The position numbers and the translations under genes were made by a program. 64,000 nt of DNA from Rubripirellula sp. (GTDB lineage Bacteria; Planctomycetota; Planctomycetia; Pirellulales; Pirellulaceae): NCBI GenBank assembly GCA_965216875.1, contig OZ244207.1:5792001-5856000 (forward strand), written 5' to 3'. A model generated the notes under the pieces. The model saw only the letters and a program-made list of their open reading frames with translations, made no database searches and had not been told where the DNA came from. This document shows, in pieces, positions 9,574-19,213 of the stretch (its first letter is position 1; each line of letters begins with the position of its first letter).

Positions 9574-12521
9574 TGCGGGCACTCTCACTGGTCCTTACTC
9601 TGGCGACCGCTCCCCTTTTCGCGGAAGACTTTGCCGACCAACTCCCGCGCATTCCGGCGACCGAACCATCACAGACGCTCCAACACTTTTCGGTCGCCGA
9701 TGGATTCAAGCTCGAACTGGTTGCGTCCGAACCGCTTCTTTCCAGTCCCGTTGCCATCGAGTGGGCTGGCGATGGCCGCATGTTCGTGTGCGAGATGCGA
9801 GGCTACAGCGAAGATCAACAAGACAAGATCTCGTCCATCGGCCTGCTTCAAGACTCCGATGGCGACGGCGTTTATGACCGGCGCAGCGACTATGCGACCG
9901 GACTCTCTTGGCCAACGGCAATCTTCCCTTTTAATGGCGGCCTCTTTGTCGGCGACGCACCTGACTTGCTTTACCTCAAAGACACCGACGGGGATGATGT
10001 CGCCGACATCAAAACGGTTGTATTGACCGGTTTTGGCACTTCGAATGTCCAGGGACTCCTCAATTCGTTCCGCTGGGGATTGGACAATCGTATCCATATC
10101 GCGTGCAGCAGCGTTGGCGGAAAACTTCGTCGTCCCGATCAGCCACCGAGCGCCGCCATCGACATTCGCGGTCGTGATATCGCGTTGGACCCACTGACCT
10201 ACGAGTTTGAATTGACCTCGGGCGCCGCGCAACATGGCATGTGCTTTGACGATTGGGGTCGTAAGTACGTGTCGTCCAACAGCGATCACATCCAACAGGT
10301 CATGTATGAGGATCGCTACATCGCTCGCAACCGATTCTTTAGCTCTCCAGGGGCTCGAGTGTCGATTGCGTCCGACGGACCTCAGGCTGAAGTCTTTCGT
10401 ACCAGTCCTGTCGAACCGTGGCGCATCGTGCGAACGCGTTTACGTGTCGCTGGTAAAGTCCCCGGACCAGTCGAAGGTGGCGGACGCGCCGCCGGCTATT
10501 TCACCGGAGCGACAGGCGTCACGATCTACCGCGGCGACGCTTGGCCGCAAGAATGGAAAGGGACGGCGATCATCGGTGATGTCGGCAGTAACCTGATTCA
10601 TCGCAAACGCATCGACACCGGTGGTCTTGAACATGTCGCCAAACGCATCGACTTTGGCGAAGAATTTGTCTCTTCAAGTGACATCTGGTTTCGGCCTGCT
10701 CAATTTGCAAACGCGCCCGACGGATCTTTGCATGTCGTCGACGTTTGTCGGGAAGTGATCGAGCATCCCAAGAGCCTTCCGCCCGACATCAAACGACACC
10801 TTGATTTGACGGCCGGTCGCGACCGAGGTCGGATCTACAGGATCGTTCCCACGGAAACCAAACACCGCCAGACGCCAAACCTGCGTGTGGCAACGACTGA
10901 GCAATTGGTTGCGTTACTCGGGCATAAAAACGCTTGGCATCGAGAGACCGCGTCGCGACTTCTATTTCAACGCAAAGCCAGTGACGCCATCGCACCACTA
11001 CGACGACTGGTTGCGAATTCGCCGCGTCCCCTCGCGAGGCTTCACGCCTTGTGTTTGCTTGATGGGCTCGGCGGCTTGGATACCACAACCTTGCTCGCTG
11101 GGCTCGACGACAGTCACACCCAAATCCGCAGACACGCCATTCGTTTGGCAGAACCATTTACCAGTGACCAACGCATTGCTGCTGCCTACAAGTCGCTTGT
11201 TGAAGACGATTCGGTCGACGTGCGTTACCAGCTTGCTTTCTCGGCTGGCGAAATAGCCAATCGACCCGATCGAATCGCTGTGCTCGGCCGCCTTGTCGGG
11301 CGCGACTCGGCAAACCGTTGGATGCAGACTGCGATCCAAAGCTCGCTGACCAACGACGCTGGTGAGATGTTTGCCATGATCGCAGGCGGTCGAGAGCACG
11401 ACTCACTCGCGTCATACCAATTCCTCGAGCGGCTCGCTGGCCAGATCCTTGCCCAGCGCGATGTCGAACAGACTCGACAGGCCGTTTTGGTTCTTGAATC
11501 GATTCCATCCGCCAACGCCTCGATGATGCTGCCTGTCCTCGGGAAATTTGCCAACGCAAGAAAACGAGGCAATCCCATCCTGGCAAAATTGGATAGGAAC
11601 GGTGAGCTGACATCTCTCGACCAAGCGATCACCGACCGGGTCGCTGCAATGATGGCGGCTGCTAGTGATGAAGATCAATCGGCAGCCACACGTGCCGAGG
11701 CGGCCCTGTCTCTTACTTATGGCGAATACGGCCAAGTGGGATCAATGCTGATCGGGTTGCTTGATAGCCAGCATCCCAATCGTGTTCAACGTGCTGCGCT
11801 TCAGTCACTTGCAACCTTTGACAACGACGAAGTGGCCGAAGCCATGATCAAGGTCTGGAATGGATTGAGTCCCCAGCTGCAAGAGGTCGCGACGGAAGCC
11901 ATGTTCGCGCGTCCCAGCCGAACGCTTCGACTCTTTGACGCCGTCGATCGTGGAAAAATCTCGATGAGCAGTTTGCCGCTCGCGCGTCTGAAAATGGCTA
12001 CCAGCAGCGGCAACAAGGACGTGCAAAAACGGGCCTCGCAATACTTGAGCCAACAGGACGTTGGTGCACGCAGCAAGCTGATCGCCAAATACCAGCCAGC
12101 CCTCGATCAAAGAGGAAACGTCGACCGAGGCAAACAACTCTTTGCGAAGCACTGCTCGCAATGCCACAAAATCGGTGGCGTTGGCCACGAAATTGGCCCG
12201 AGCTTGGCAACCATCAAGGCCCGTGGACGCGAAACAATTCTGGTCAACGTTCTCGACCCCAACCGCGAGGTGAACCCTCAGTTTCTAAACTACATCGCTT
12301 TGACGGTAGACGGGCAATCGATCACGGGTATGATCGCCGCAGAGAGCGCCTCGAGCATTACTCTCAAACGTGCCGAGAACGAAAGCGACACCTTGTTGCG
12401 TGTCGATCTCGAAGCGATCAAAAACACGGGCATGTCGATCATGCCCGAAGGACTTGAAAAAGTTCTTGACCAACAAGCCATGGCCGACCTCATCGAGTAC
12501 TTGATGCAGGTTCAATCATGA
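9570..12521 (+). CDS. PVC-type heme-binding CxxCH protein (membrane-bound dehydrogenase propeller + HEAT + cytochrome c)
   Basis: FKLELVASEPLLSSPVAI, WFRPAQFANAPDGSL, CSQCH, IGPSL, SIMPEGLE; ATGA overlap with upstream gene. Confidence 0.88.
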   Translation: MMRALSLVLTLATAPLFAEDFADQLPRIPATEPSQTLQHFSVADGFKLELVASEPLLSSPVAIEWAGDGRMFVCEMRGYSEDQQDKISSIGLLQDSDGDGVYDRRSDYATGLSWPTAIFPFNGGLFVGDAPDLLYLKDTDGDDVADIKTVVLTGFGTSNVQGLLNSFRWGLDNRIHIACSSVGGKLRRPDQPPSAAIDIRGRDIALDPLTYEFELTSGAAQHGMCFDDWGRKYVSSNSDHIQQVMYEDRYIARNRFFSSPGARVSIASDGPQAEVFRTSPVEPWRIVRTRLRVAGKVPGPVEGGGRAAGYFTGATGVTIYRGDAWPQEWKGTAIIGDVGSNLIHRKRIDTGGLEHVAKRIDFGEEFVSSSDIWFRPAQFANAPDGSLHVVDVCREVIEHPKSLPPDIKRHLDLTAGRDRGRIYRIVPTETKHRQTPNLRVATTEQLVALLGHKNAWHRETASRLLFQRKASDAIAPLRRLVANSPRPLARLHALCLLDGLGGLDTTTLLAGLDDSHTQIRRHAIRLAEPFTSDQRIAAAYKSLVEDDSVDVRYQLAFSAGEIANRPDRIAVLGRLVGRDSANRWMQTAIQSSLTNDAGEMFAMIAGGREHDSLASYQFLERLAGQILAQRDVEQTRQAVLVLESIPSANASMMLPVLGKFANARKRGNPILAKLDRNGELTSLDQAITDRVAAMMAAASDEDQSAATRAEAALSLTYGEYGQVGSMLIGLLDSQHPNRVQRAALQSLATFDNDEVAEAMIKVWNGLSPQLQEVATEAMFARPSRTLRLFDAVDRGKISMSSLPLARLKMATSSGNKDVQKRASQYLSQQDVGARSKLIAKYQPALDQRGNVDRGKQLFAKHCSQCHKIGGVGHEIGPSLATIKARGRETILVNVLDPNREVNPQFLNYIALTVDGQSITGMIAAESASSITLKRAENESDTLLRVDLEAIKNTGMSIMPEGLEKVLDQQAMADLIEYLMQVQS

Positions 12522-12609
12522 CGCGGCCTCGTTTGGCATGATGTGACGCAGCATGCCACAAGCGACATTGCGACACGAGTCATGGCCCCCAGAGCGTGCA
12601 AAGAGTTCC

Positions 12610-13890
12610 GTGAAAATCGACTTACGATACGGACGCCAGAAACTTGGCGTTACCATCCCCGATGATGCCATCGCAACGGTGATTCGCAAGCCGACGATGC
12701 CATTGCTGGATGACCCGGGCACTGAATTACGATCGGCACTCGAATCTCCCATCGGTGCTTCGCCACTGAGCGAACTTGCTCAAGGCAAACGAACGGCTTG
12801 CATTGCGATTTGCGACATCACGCGTCCCGTTCCCAATCACCTCTTCCTACGCCCCATCATCGAGACGCTTCTCGGGGCTGGCGTTCCCAAATCGGGCATC
12901 ACGGTACTCGTGGCTACTGGACTTCATCGTCCCAATGAAGGAGATGAACTTCGCGAGCTCATCGGAGACGACTGGGTGCTTGAAAAAGTCGCCGTTGAAA
13001 ACCATTTTGCACGCAACGACGCAGACCACGTGCACCTTGGGAAGACGGCAACTCGAGGCACGGCCGTGCGCCTGGATCGCCGTTTCGCCGAAGCCGACAT
13101 CCGCATCGCCACAGGATTGGTCGAGCCACACTTCATGGCGGGCTATTCCGGTGGTCGCAAAATCATTGCCCCCGGTTTAGCGCATGCGGAAACGATCACG
13201 ACGTTCCATAGCGGCCGTTTCATGGCCGATCCAGCAGCCATCAACTGTAACTTCGTCGGCAACCCCCTTCACGAAGAACAGCTCGAGATCGTGCGCATGC
13301 TTGGCGGGGCTCTCGCCGTCAATACGGTGATCGACGAAGCACGTAACGTTTCACTCATTAACTTTGGCGAGATCATCGAGAGCCACCAGCATGCCGTTGA
13401 TTTCGTCCGCTCGTACTGCGAAGTTCCCGTCGACCAATCGTTCTCAACCGTTGTCACGTCGGCGGCGGGTTACCCACTCGACAAGACCTACTATCAAACG
13501 GTCAAGGGAATGGTCGGCGCGATGGACATCCTCGCTCCGGGTGGAAACCTGATCATCGCCTCGGAATGTAGCGAGGGCATGGGATCACCCGAGTACGTCC
13601 AAGCTCAACGACGTTTGATTGCCCAAGGCCCCGACCGATTCGCGGAATCGGTGTTGCAGAAACCGTACGCCGACATTGACGAGTGGCAAACGCAGATGCA
13701 ACTCAAGCCGATGCGAATTGGCAACGTCCATCTCTATTCAAGCGGACTCAGCGAGTCGGATCACCAGCTTACCGGCGTCAAACGTGTCGCCGATCTGAAC
13801 CGGACGATCGCAGATTCAGTGGCAGCGAGCGAAGATCGCCGCATCGCCATCATCCCCGAAGGTCCCTACGTCGTCCCAAGAGTAGCGTAG
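12610..13890 (+). CDS. larA: Nickel-pincer-dependent lactate racemase family (LarA) protein
   Basis: DITRP, ATGLHR, PHFMAGYSGGRK and YQTVK motifs. GTG start at 12610 preferred. Confidence 0.85.
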   Translation: MKIDLRYGRQKLGVTIPDDAIATVIRKPTMPLLDDPGTELRSALESPIGASPLSELAQGKRTACIAICDITRPVPNHLFLRPIIETLLGAGVPKSGITVLVATGLHRPNEGDELRELIGDDWVLEKVAVENHFARNDADHVHLGKTATRGTAVRLDRRFAEADIRIATGLVEPHFMAGYSGGRKIIAPGLAHAETITTFHSGRFMADPAAINCNFVGNPLHEEQLEIVRMLGGALAVNTVIDEARNVSLINFGEIIESHQHAVDFVRSYCEVPVDQSFSTVVTSAAGYPLDKTYYQTVKGMVGAMDILAPGGNLIIASECSEGMGSPEYVQAQRRLIAQGPDRFAESVLQKPYADIDEWQTQMQLKPMRIGNVHLYSSGLSESDHQLTGVKRVADLNRTIADSVAASEDRRIAIIPEGPYVVPRVA

Positions 13891-14228
13891 GTCATGCTGT
13901 GCATGACACACAGACACACTCTTGTTCCCACGCTCTTTGAATGTCGCCTTTCGCTCCGCGAAAGTAGCGTACGAAAAACGCAACTTTTGCGGAGCAAAAG
14001 GCGACGATGCGGGAACACGCTCCTTGCCGGCTGTGAGCCGTGACCGCGTAAGCGGCCGGGCCTTGCACCTTCTCGCGATACCGGCGGGCTCGACGTAGGT
14101 CATGCTGTGCATGACACGTCACCGATTGTCATGCGGAGCATGACCTACGAGGGACGCGGAGCGTCCGAGAGTGCGTTCCCACGGAGACCGTGGGCACGAG
14201 GAAGATTGTCATGCGGAGCATGACCTAC
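13887..14228. repeat. Mosaic cluster of REP-like palindromes
   Basis: Four GTAG-GTCATGC-nnn-GCATGAC units (13887, 14095, and inverted at 14128 and 14208); a GTCGCCTTTCGCTCCGC inverted repeat at 13943-14005; a GACGCGGAGCGTC/CCCACGG-CCGTGGG unit at about 14153-14199. Confidence 0.85.
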
Positions 14229-14235
14229 GGATGGG

Positions 14236-15477
14236 CTATCGACAGCGATGCAACGTCATCAGCGCGAACGCTGTTCCGTAGGGTTGATGGTAGTCGTACA
14301 GCGGGTAGTCCCACCACGAACCATCCTTCTCCTGTCGGTCGAGCATTAACTTGGCCAACATTGCCTTGTAAGGATCGAGGTTCTCATCAGGCAACTGCTC
14401 TAAACTGATCGCCGCGTAATAGTGACCGTAGTAGTAGAAGTACCCAGCAACCTGCATCCACGCTTCGTGCGGCACCGGTCGCTTCCGACCGATATCGAGC
14501 CAACCGTTGCGAACGTAAAGGCGATACAACCAGTTCTTGACCACGTTGTCGGTGATCGTTTCATCACCCCACATCCTCAATGCTGCGTTACAACATTGGG
14601 TTCGTCCCAGACTTCCGCCGGGACGATTGATTCCACGCATCGGTTGGTACTTCAAGTACTCGCCGTACATGTAACTGAAATCAGGCTTGCGCTGTCGATT
14701 GATCGCCGCGATAGCACGTTTGACCGTTCGCTCAGGAGGTTCCACACCAATCTCTTTGGCTTCACCCATCGCGATCAGAATCGTACCGTTGACAAAGCTG
14801 ATCGAACTCGAGGTGGGTTGGTTTCCCTGGTAACGAAAATCGTAGTAGCCCCAACCCCCATCGACCGATTCGAAACGGTCGAGCATCTCGAATTGCAGTT
14901 TGATCAACTCGACGATCTTCGCTTGTCGCTCGGCATCGCCTTCGCTGCGTCGATGCATGCGCACGAGCGCCTGAATCGAATAGCCGTGCCCCCAAACGTT
15001 GTAAATCGCATCGCCGGTGGCGCGTCGCAAACGCGGCAACTGGTCGATCAACCAATCCTCGGCCCTGCGCAGCGGTTCGGCGGCATCCGGATCATTCTCT
15101 GCAACTTCGATCAAGGCCGAAATGCAAAGCGCCGTGGTCGCAGTACGAAACGCGTGATGTGCACCTGGAATCGGCGCGTAAATGTTGAGGTTCTTGGTCC
15201 GTGTGGCTGAGCCCCAGGACCCGTTTGCGTTCTGGTCCTCGATCAAGAACTTGACACCCCGCGCGATCGCCTCGTTCGTATCCGACATCGATAACGTTTC
15301 GATTTCGGGCAAATCGGGCGGGCGGCTAAAGTCGAGCGGGTCGTCCAGGATCCCCTGTCGACTCGACGCTTGCTGTGTTGCCTCCTCTTGCGCCCATGCG
15401 TTTTCAAACGCACAGACGGCAACGAGCAACGTCACACAAAGTAAACGCATCACCAACTCACTCGTCCGATTGGGCAT
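14236..15477 (-). CDS. Prenyltransferase/squalene-cyclase-repeat (alpha-alpha barrel) protein, probably exported
   Basis: QW-like repeats FLIEDQNANGSWG, DGGWGY, QEKDGSWWD; YYYGHYYAA; signal-like N-terminus. Confidence 0.75.
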   Translation of the reverse strand: MPNRTSELVMRLLCVTLLVAVCAFENAWAQEEATQQASSRQGILDDPLDFSRPPDLPEIETLSMSDTNEAIARGVKFLIEDQNANGSWGSATRTKNLNIYAPIPGAHHAFRTATTALCISALIEVAENDPDAAEPLRRAEDWLIDQLPRLRRATGDAIYNVWGHGYSIQALVRMHRRSEGDAERQAKIVELIKLQFEMLDRFESVDGGWGYYDFRYQGNQPTSSSISFVNGTILIAMGEAKEIGVEPPERTVKRAIAAINRQRKPDFSYMYGEYLKYQPMRGINRPGGSLGRTQCCNAALRMWGDETITDNVVKNWLYRLYVRNGWLDIGRKRPVPHEAWMQVAGYFYYYGHYYAAISLEQLPDENLDPYKAMLAKLMLDRQEKDGSWWDYPLYDYHQPYGTAFALMTLHRCR

Positions 15478-16708
15478 CTTCAGAAGCTTCGATCTCAAAC
15501 TCAACGCTGCAGGTCATGCCAGGCAGGACAGCAGCGTCCTTTGGCAACTTGACCGAAAGCACACAGTCGTACTTTGTCCCCGCGTAAGGGATCGCCGAAA
15601 CCATCTTGACCGTCGCGGCCGCTTTGGCTTCAGGGAATGCGGTGACTTTGACAGTCCCCTTCGCACCCGCTTTGACATGCCGCAGTTCGTTTTCAGAAAG
15701 GTCCGCACGAATCTGCAGTCGACCTGGCTCGACGATGGTCGCCAGCACTTGTGACCCGGTTGCCGCTGAACCGTCTTTAAGGGTCGACGGCTTGTCGCTG
15801 ATCTTGCCCCGAGTGACTTTGCCGTGCACCAAGATCCCTTCTTGAGGTGAACGAATCACAAGATGCTTTCGCTCCTCTTTGAGTTTGGCGAACTTCTTTT
15901 CAGCCTCTTTGAACTTGTCGCGTTTTTGCTGCATTTCGATGTCGCGTTTGCGGCGTGCAACATCAAGATCTCGCATCGCTTTGACGTGAGACATTTCGGC
16001 TCGCGTGAATGCGTCTTGTTGTTCGGCTTCGGAGCGAGGGATCGACTGATTGATCGAACGGTCGGTCGAGATCTCGGTGCCACGCAAACGATACTCTGCG
16101 TTTTCAACGGCATGCTTGGCTCGCTTCAAGACGATCTCCTCCGACTCTTCGGTCAGATCGTCTTCTTTGTACATCTGCTCGAGTTGCTCGAGTTCTTCGC
16201 GCACGTTTTCAAGTGACGACCGCGCGTTCTTTAGGCTGTAGTGAGCCGATTCGACCATCCGCTCGCGATCAAATTGAACGTAGTTGTCGAACGTTTGACG
16301 AGCTTGTTCGAATCGTCGCTGGGCCGACTCGCGATCAAGCTTCTGAGAGGCGATGAATTGGTCGTAGGCAAACTGATCGTCTTCGAACGTGATCTCGGCC
16401 AGTCGATGAGTCGCGGTCGCTTCCTTGATTTTCTTGTCGACATCTTCCGTCTCGAACCACACCACGTTTTGGCCTTTGTTGACGCGTGTGCCGTGAGGAA
16501 GGATGCGTTTGATTTTGAGCGAACTGAGTTCTTCCGTGTCGGCCTTCAGTTCATGCGATCGGATGGCTTCAAAGACGCCTTTGACCGTAACCACTTTTGG
16601 CTTGGCATCGCTCGCCGAATCGGGTTCATCGTCAGCGTGTACTACGAGTGGAAATGCCACAACAACTGTCGCAACAAGCGATCTCAACAGGGAATCGCGA
16701 AGCATCAT
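15458..16708 (-). CDS. HlyD/efflux periplasmic adaptor-like protein with long coiled coil
   Basis: Signal peptide; lipoyl halves (ILPHGTRVNKGQ; IRSPQEG) around a coiled coil; terminal LPGMTCSVEF. Confidence 0.78.
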   Translation of the reverse strand: MMLRDSLLRSLVATVVVAFPLVVHADDEPDSASDAKPKVVTVKGVFEAIRSHELKADTEELSSLKIKRILPHGTRVNKGQNVVWFETEDVDKKIKEATATHRLAEITFEDDQFAYDQFIASQKLDRESAQRRFEQARQTFDNYVQFDRERMVESAHYSLKNARSSLENVREELEQLEQMYKEDDLTEESEEIVLKRAKHAVENAEYRLRGTEISTDRSINQSIPRSEAEQQDAFTRAEMSHVKAMRDLDVARRKRDIEMQQKRDKFKEAEKKFAKLKEERKHLVIRSPQEGILVHGKVTRGKISDKPSTLKDGSAATGSQVLATIVEPGRLQIRADLSENELRHVKAGAKGTVKVTAFPEAKAAATVKMVSAIPYAGTKYDCVLSVKLPKDAAVLPGMTCSVEFEIEASEDAQSDE

Positions 16709-16977
16709 GATGTTCCGTCTAGGTGGGGATGGTTCAGCTGAGAGAGGTAGCGGTTGGCCACAGGATCGTCGGGGGGACGCTCCGAGGGGTGTGCCGCCTT
16801 TGGCCTCATCTTCGCTGCAAGCGACGCCAGAGTCCAACATTTTTGACCGACCATCGAGCAAACGAGCCTATTCGTTCAATTGGCGTCCCTTGGCGCAAAT
16901 CGCTCGATCCGTCCTATTATGGCGGCCATCCTTCGGCCATTCGACCAGTGCCCCACCGCGAACCGTCGCCCCAACCC

Positions 16978-17742
16978 ATGCCCTCACTGAAGCCATCTGT
17001 TTGTATTGACGCCGTGTTTGGTGATCTGACTGCGGCAGACGCAATCGGCAAAGTGCGTGAATCGGGGATCGATGCATTCGAATTCTGGGGTTGGTGGGAC
17101 AAGGACCTCGACGAGATTGAAAAGGCTCGCGATGCCCATGGCATGTCGATTTCCGCTTGCTGCACCAAATTCATCAGCCTTGTTGATCCGGCCAAACGGT
17201 CGGATTATTTGAAAGGGATCGAGGAATCGATCGCAGCAGCCAAGCGACTCGGTTGTCCGACCCTGATCTCTCAAGTCGGTGATGCCTTGCCTGGTGTCCC
17301 GCGCAGGCATCAACACGATTGCTTGGTCAATGGACTGAAGGAAGCGGCCCCAATGTTAGAGGGGTCGGGCGTCACGCTTGTGATCGAACCGCTCAATGAG
17401 TTGATCGATCACGCCGGCTACTACCTGATCCGAAGCGACGAAGCGTTTCAGATCATTGACGAAGTCGGCAGCCCCGCCGTGAAGGTGGTCTTCGATATCT
17501 ACCACCAACAGATCAGCGAAGGTCAGCTGATCGCCAACATCACGGCAAACACGAGCAAGATTGCTCACTTTCATGCGGCCGGGAATCCGGGACGGCACGA
17601 ATTGACTCGCGGCGAACTAAACTATCCGTCGATCTTTGCAGCGATCCACGAAACCGACTTTGATGGTTTCGTCGGGTTGGAATACTGGCCCGTTGACGAT
17701 CCCGTCAGCGGACTGCGCGAAGTTGCCGGATGGTTCAACTGA
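16978..17742 (+). CDS. Hydroxypyruvate isomerase family TIM-barrel sugar isomerase
   Basis: EFWGW, LVIEPLN..DHAGY, FDIYHQQISEG, NPGRHE..GELNY, VGLEY. Confidence 0.88.
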   Translation: MPSLKPSVCIDAVFGDLTAADAIGKVRESGIDAFEFWGWWDKDLDEIEKARDAHGMSISACCTKFISLVDPAKRSDYLKGIEESIAAAKRLGCPTLISQVGDALPGVPRRHQHDCLVNGLKEAAPMLEGSGVTLVIEPLNELIDHAGYYLIRSDEAFQIIDEVGSPAVKVVFDIYHQQISEGQLIANITANTSKIAHFHAAGNPGRHELTRGELNYPSIFAAIHETDFDGFVGLEYWPVDDPVSGLREVAGWFN

Positions 17743-17788
17743 ATCACTCGTTAACAGTCACCACACTCCTGCCAAACGATTCCCGACG

Positions 17789-19159
17789 ATGCAACGCAAT
17801 GCACTGACACTCCTGTTCTGCTCTCTCTTCGCCCTCACAGCCACTGCGGCCGACAAGCCAAACATCATTTACGTATTGGCTGACGACATGGGTTACGGCG
17901 ACCTGTCTTGTTACGGACAAACGATGCTCGCCACGCCTAACATCGACAAGATGGCTCGCGAAGGCATCAAGTTCAATCGTCACTACGCCGGCAGCACCGT
18001 CTGCGCACCCAGCCGCTGTGTCCTCCTTACCGGCAAACACATCGGCCACGCCAGTGTTCGCGGAAACGACACCGGCATCATTCCTGACGAAGAAGTCACC
18101 CTCGCGGAAATGCTCAAGGATGCCGGCTACCGAACCGGTTGTGTCGGCAAATGGGGCGTCGGGAACCCGCCGCCACTGGACGATCCCAAACGCAACGGCT
18201 TCGACTTTTTCTATGGGTACGTGAACATGTTTCACGCCCATAACTTCTATCCTGAATTCATCGTGCGCGATGGCGTCAAAGAGCCGCTTCGAAACGAGCT
18301 GGCCGACAAGTGGAAAGCGCCCGCTCGCGAAGGACGTGAGGGACGCGGCGTCGCCAAAACCAAAGTCGACTACGTGCCCGATCTGGTGACCGACGAAGCG
18401 CTCGCGTTTGTCGAGCGAAACAAAGAACGTCCTTTCTTTCTCTACTACGCACTCAACATTCCCCACGCCAACAACGAAGGCGGCAAAGACGGGATGGAAG
18501 TGCCCACGTTTGGTGAGTTTTCGTCGAAGCCGTGGCCAAAGCAAGAGAAGGGTTTCGCGTCGATGATTCACAACATCGACCGTGACATGGGAAAGCTGTT
18601 CGCGAAACTCGAAGAATTGGGCTTGGACGAAAACACCATCGTTTTCTTTTCAAGTGACAATGGCCCTCATCAAGAAGGCGGGCACATCATGGAGTTCTTC
18701 AATTCCAATGGCAGCCTGACCGGAATGAAACGTGATCTCTACGAAGGGGGCATTCGTGTCCCTCTGATCGTTCGCTGGCCCGGCAAGATTAAACCGAGCA
18801 CGGAATCGAATCACATCAGTGGTTTCCAGGATGTCATGCCAACGCTTGCCGATCTCAGCGGCGCGACCTCGGTTTCCGAAGACGGCCTCTCCTTCGCCCC
18901 AACGCTATTTGGCAACGACCATGACCAAAAGCAGCACCCCTATCTCTACTGGGAATTCAAAGAACGTGGCGGCAAACAAGCCGTCCTCAAAGATGGCTGG
19001 AAAGCGGTCCGTTTGAATTGGACCAAAAACCCCAGCGGCCCTCTTCAATTGTTCCACCTTGAAAGCGATCCAGCCGAGCAAAATGATGTTGCCGCAAAAC
19101 ATCCCGAGCTTGTCCAGTCGTTCGCAGCGATCATGAAGCAAGAACACGTCCCACAATAG
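17789..19159 (+). CDS. Arylsulfatase (Cys-type)
   Basis: Signal peptide; PNIIYVLADDMG, CAPSR, GKW, SDNG, YEGGIRVP. Confidence 0.92.
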   Translation: MQRNALTLLFCSLFALTATAADKPNIIYVLADDMGYGDLSCYGQTMLATPNIDKMAREGIKFNRHYAGSTVCAPSRCVLLTGKHIGHASVRGNDTGIIPDEEVTLAEMLKDAGYRTGCVGKWGVGNPPPLDDPKRNGFDFFYGYVNMFHAHNFYPEFIVRDGVKEPLRNELADKWKAPAREGREGRGVAKTKVDYVPDLVTDEALAFVERNKERPFFLYYALNIPHANNEGGKDGMEVPTFGEFSSKPWPKQEKGFASMIHNIDRDMGKLFAKLEELGLDENTIVFFSSDNGPHQEGGHIMEFFNSNGSLTGMKRDLYEGGIRVPLIVRWPGKIKPSTESNHISGFQDVMPTLADLSGATSVSEDGLSFAPTLFGNDHDQKQHPYLYWEFKERGGKQAVLKDGWKAVRLNWTKNPSGPLQLFHLESDPAEQNDVAAKHPELVQSFAAIMKQEHVPQ

Positions 19160-19213
19160 CTTCCTTCGCTAACCCCAACCGCGCCCAAACATCCCATTCG
19201 ACCAAGTAATCCT

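Noticed and set aside
14236..15477. Squalene-hopene cyclase
   Set aside because: Too short, single barrel, no DxDD motif.
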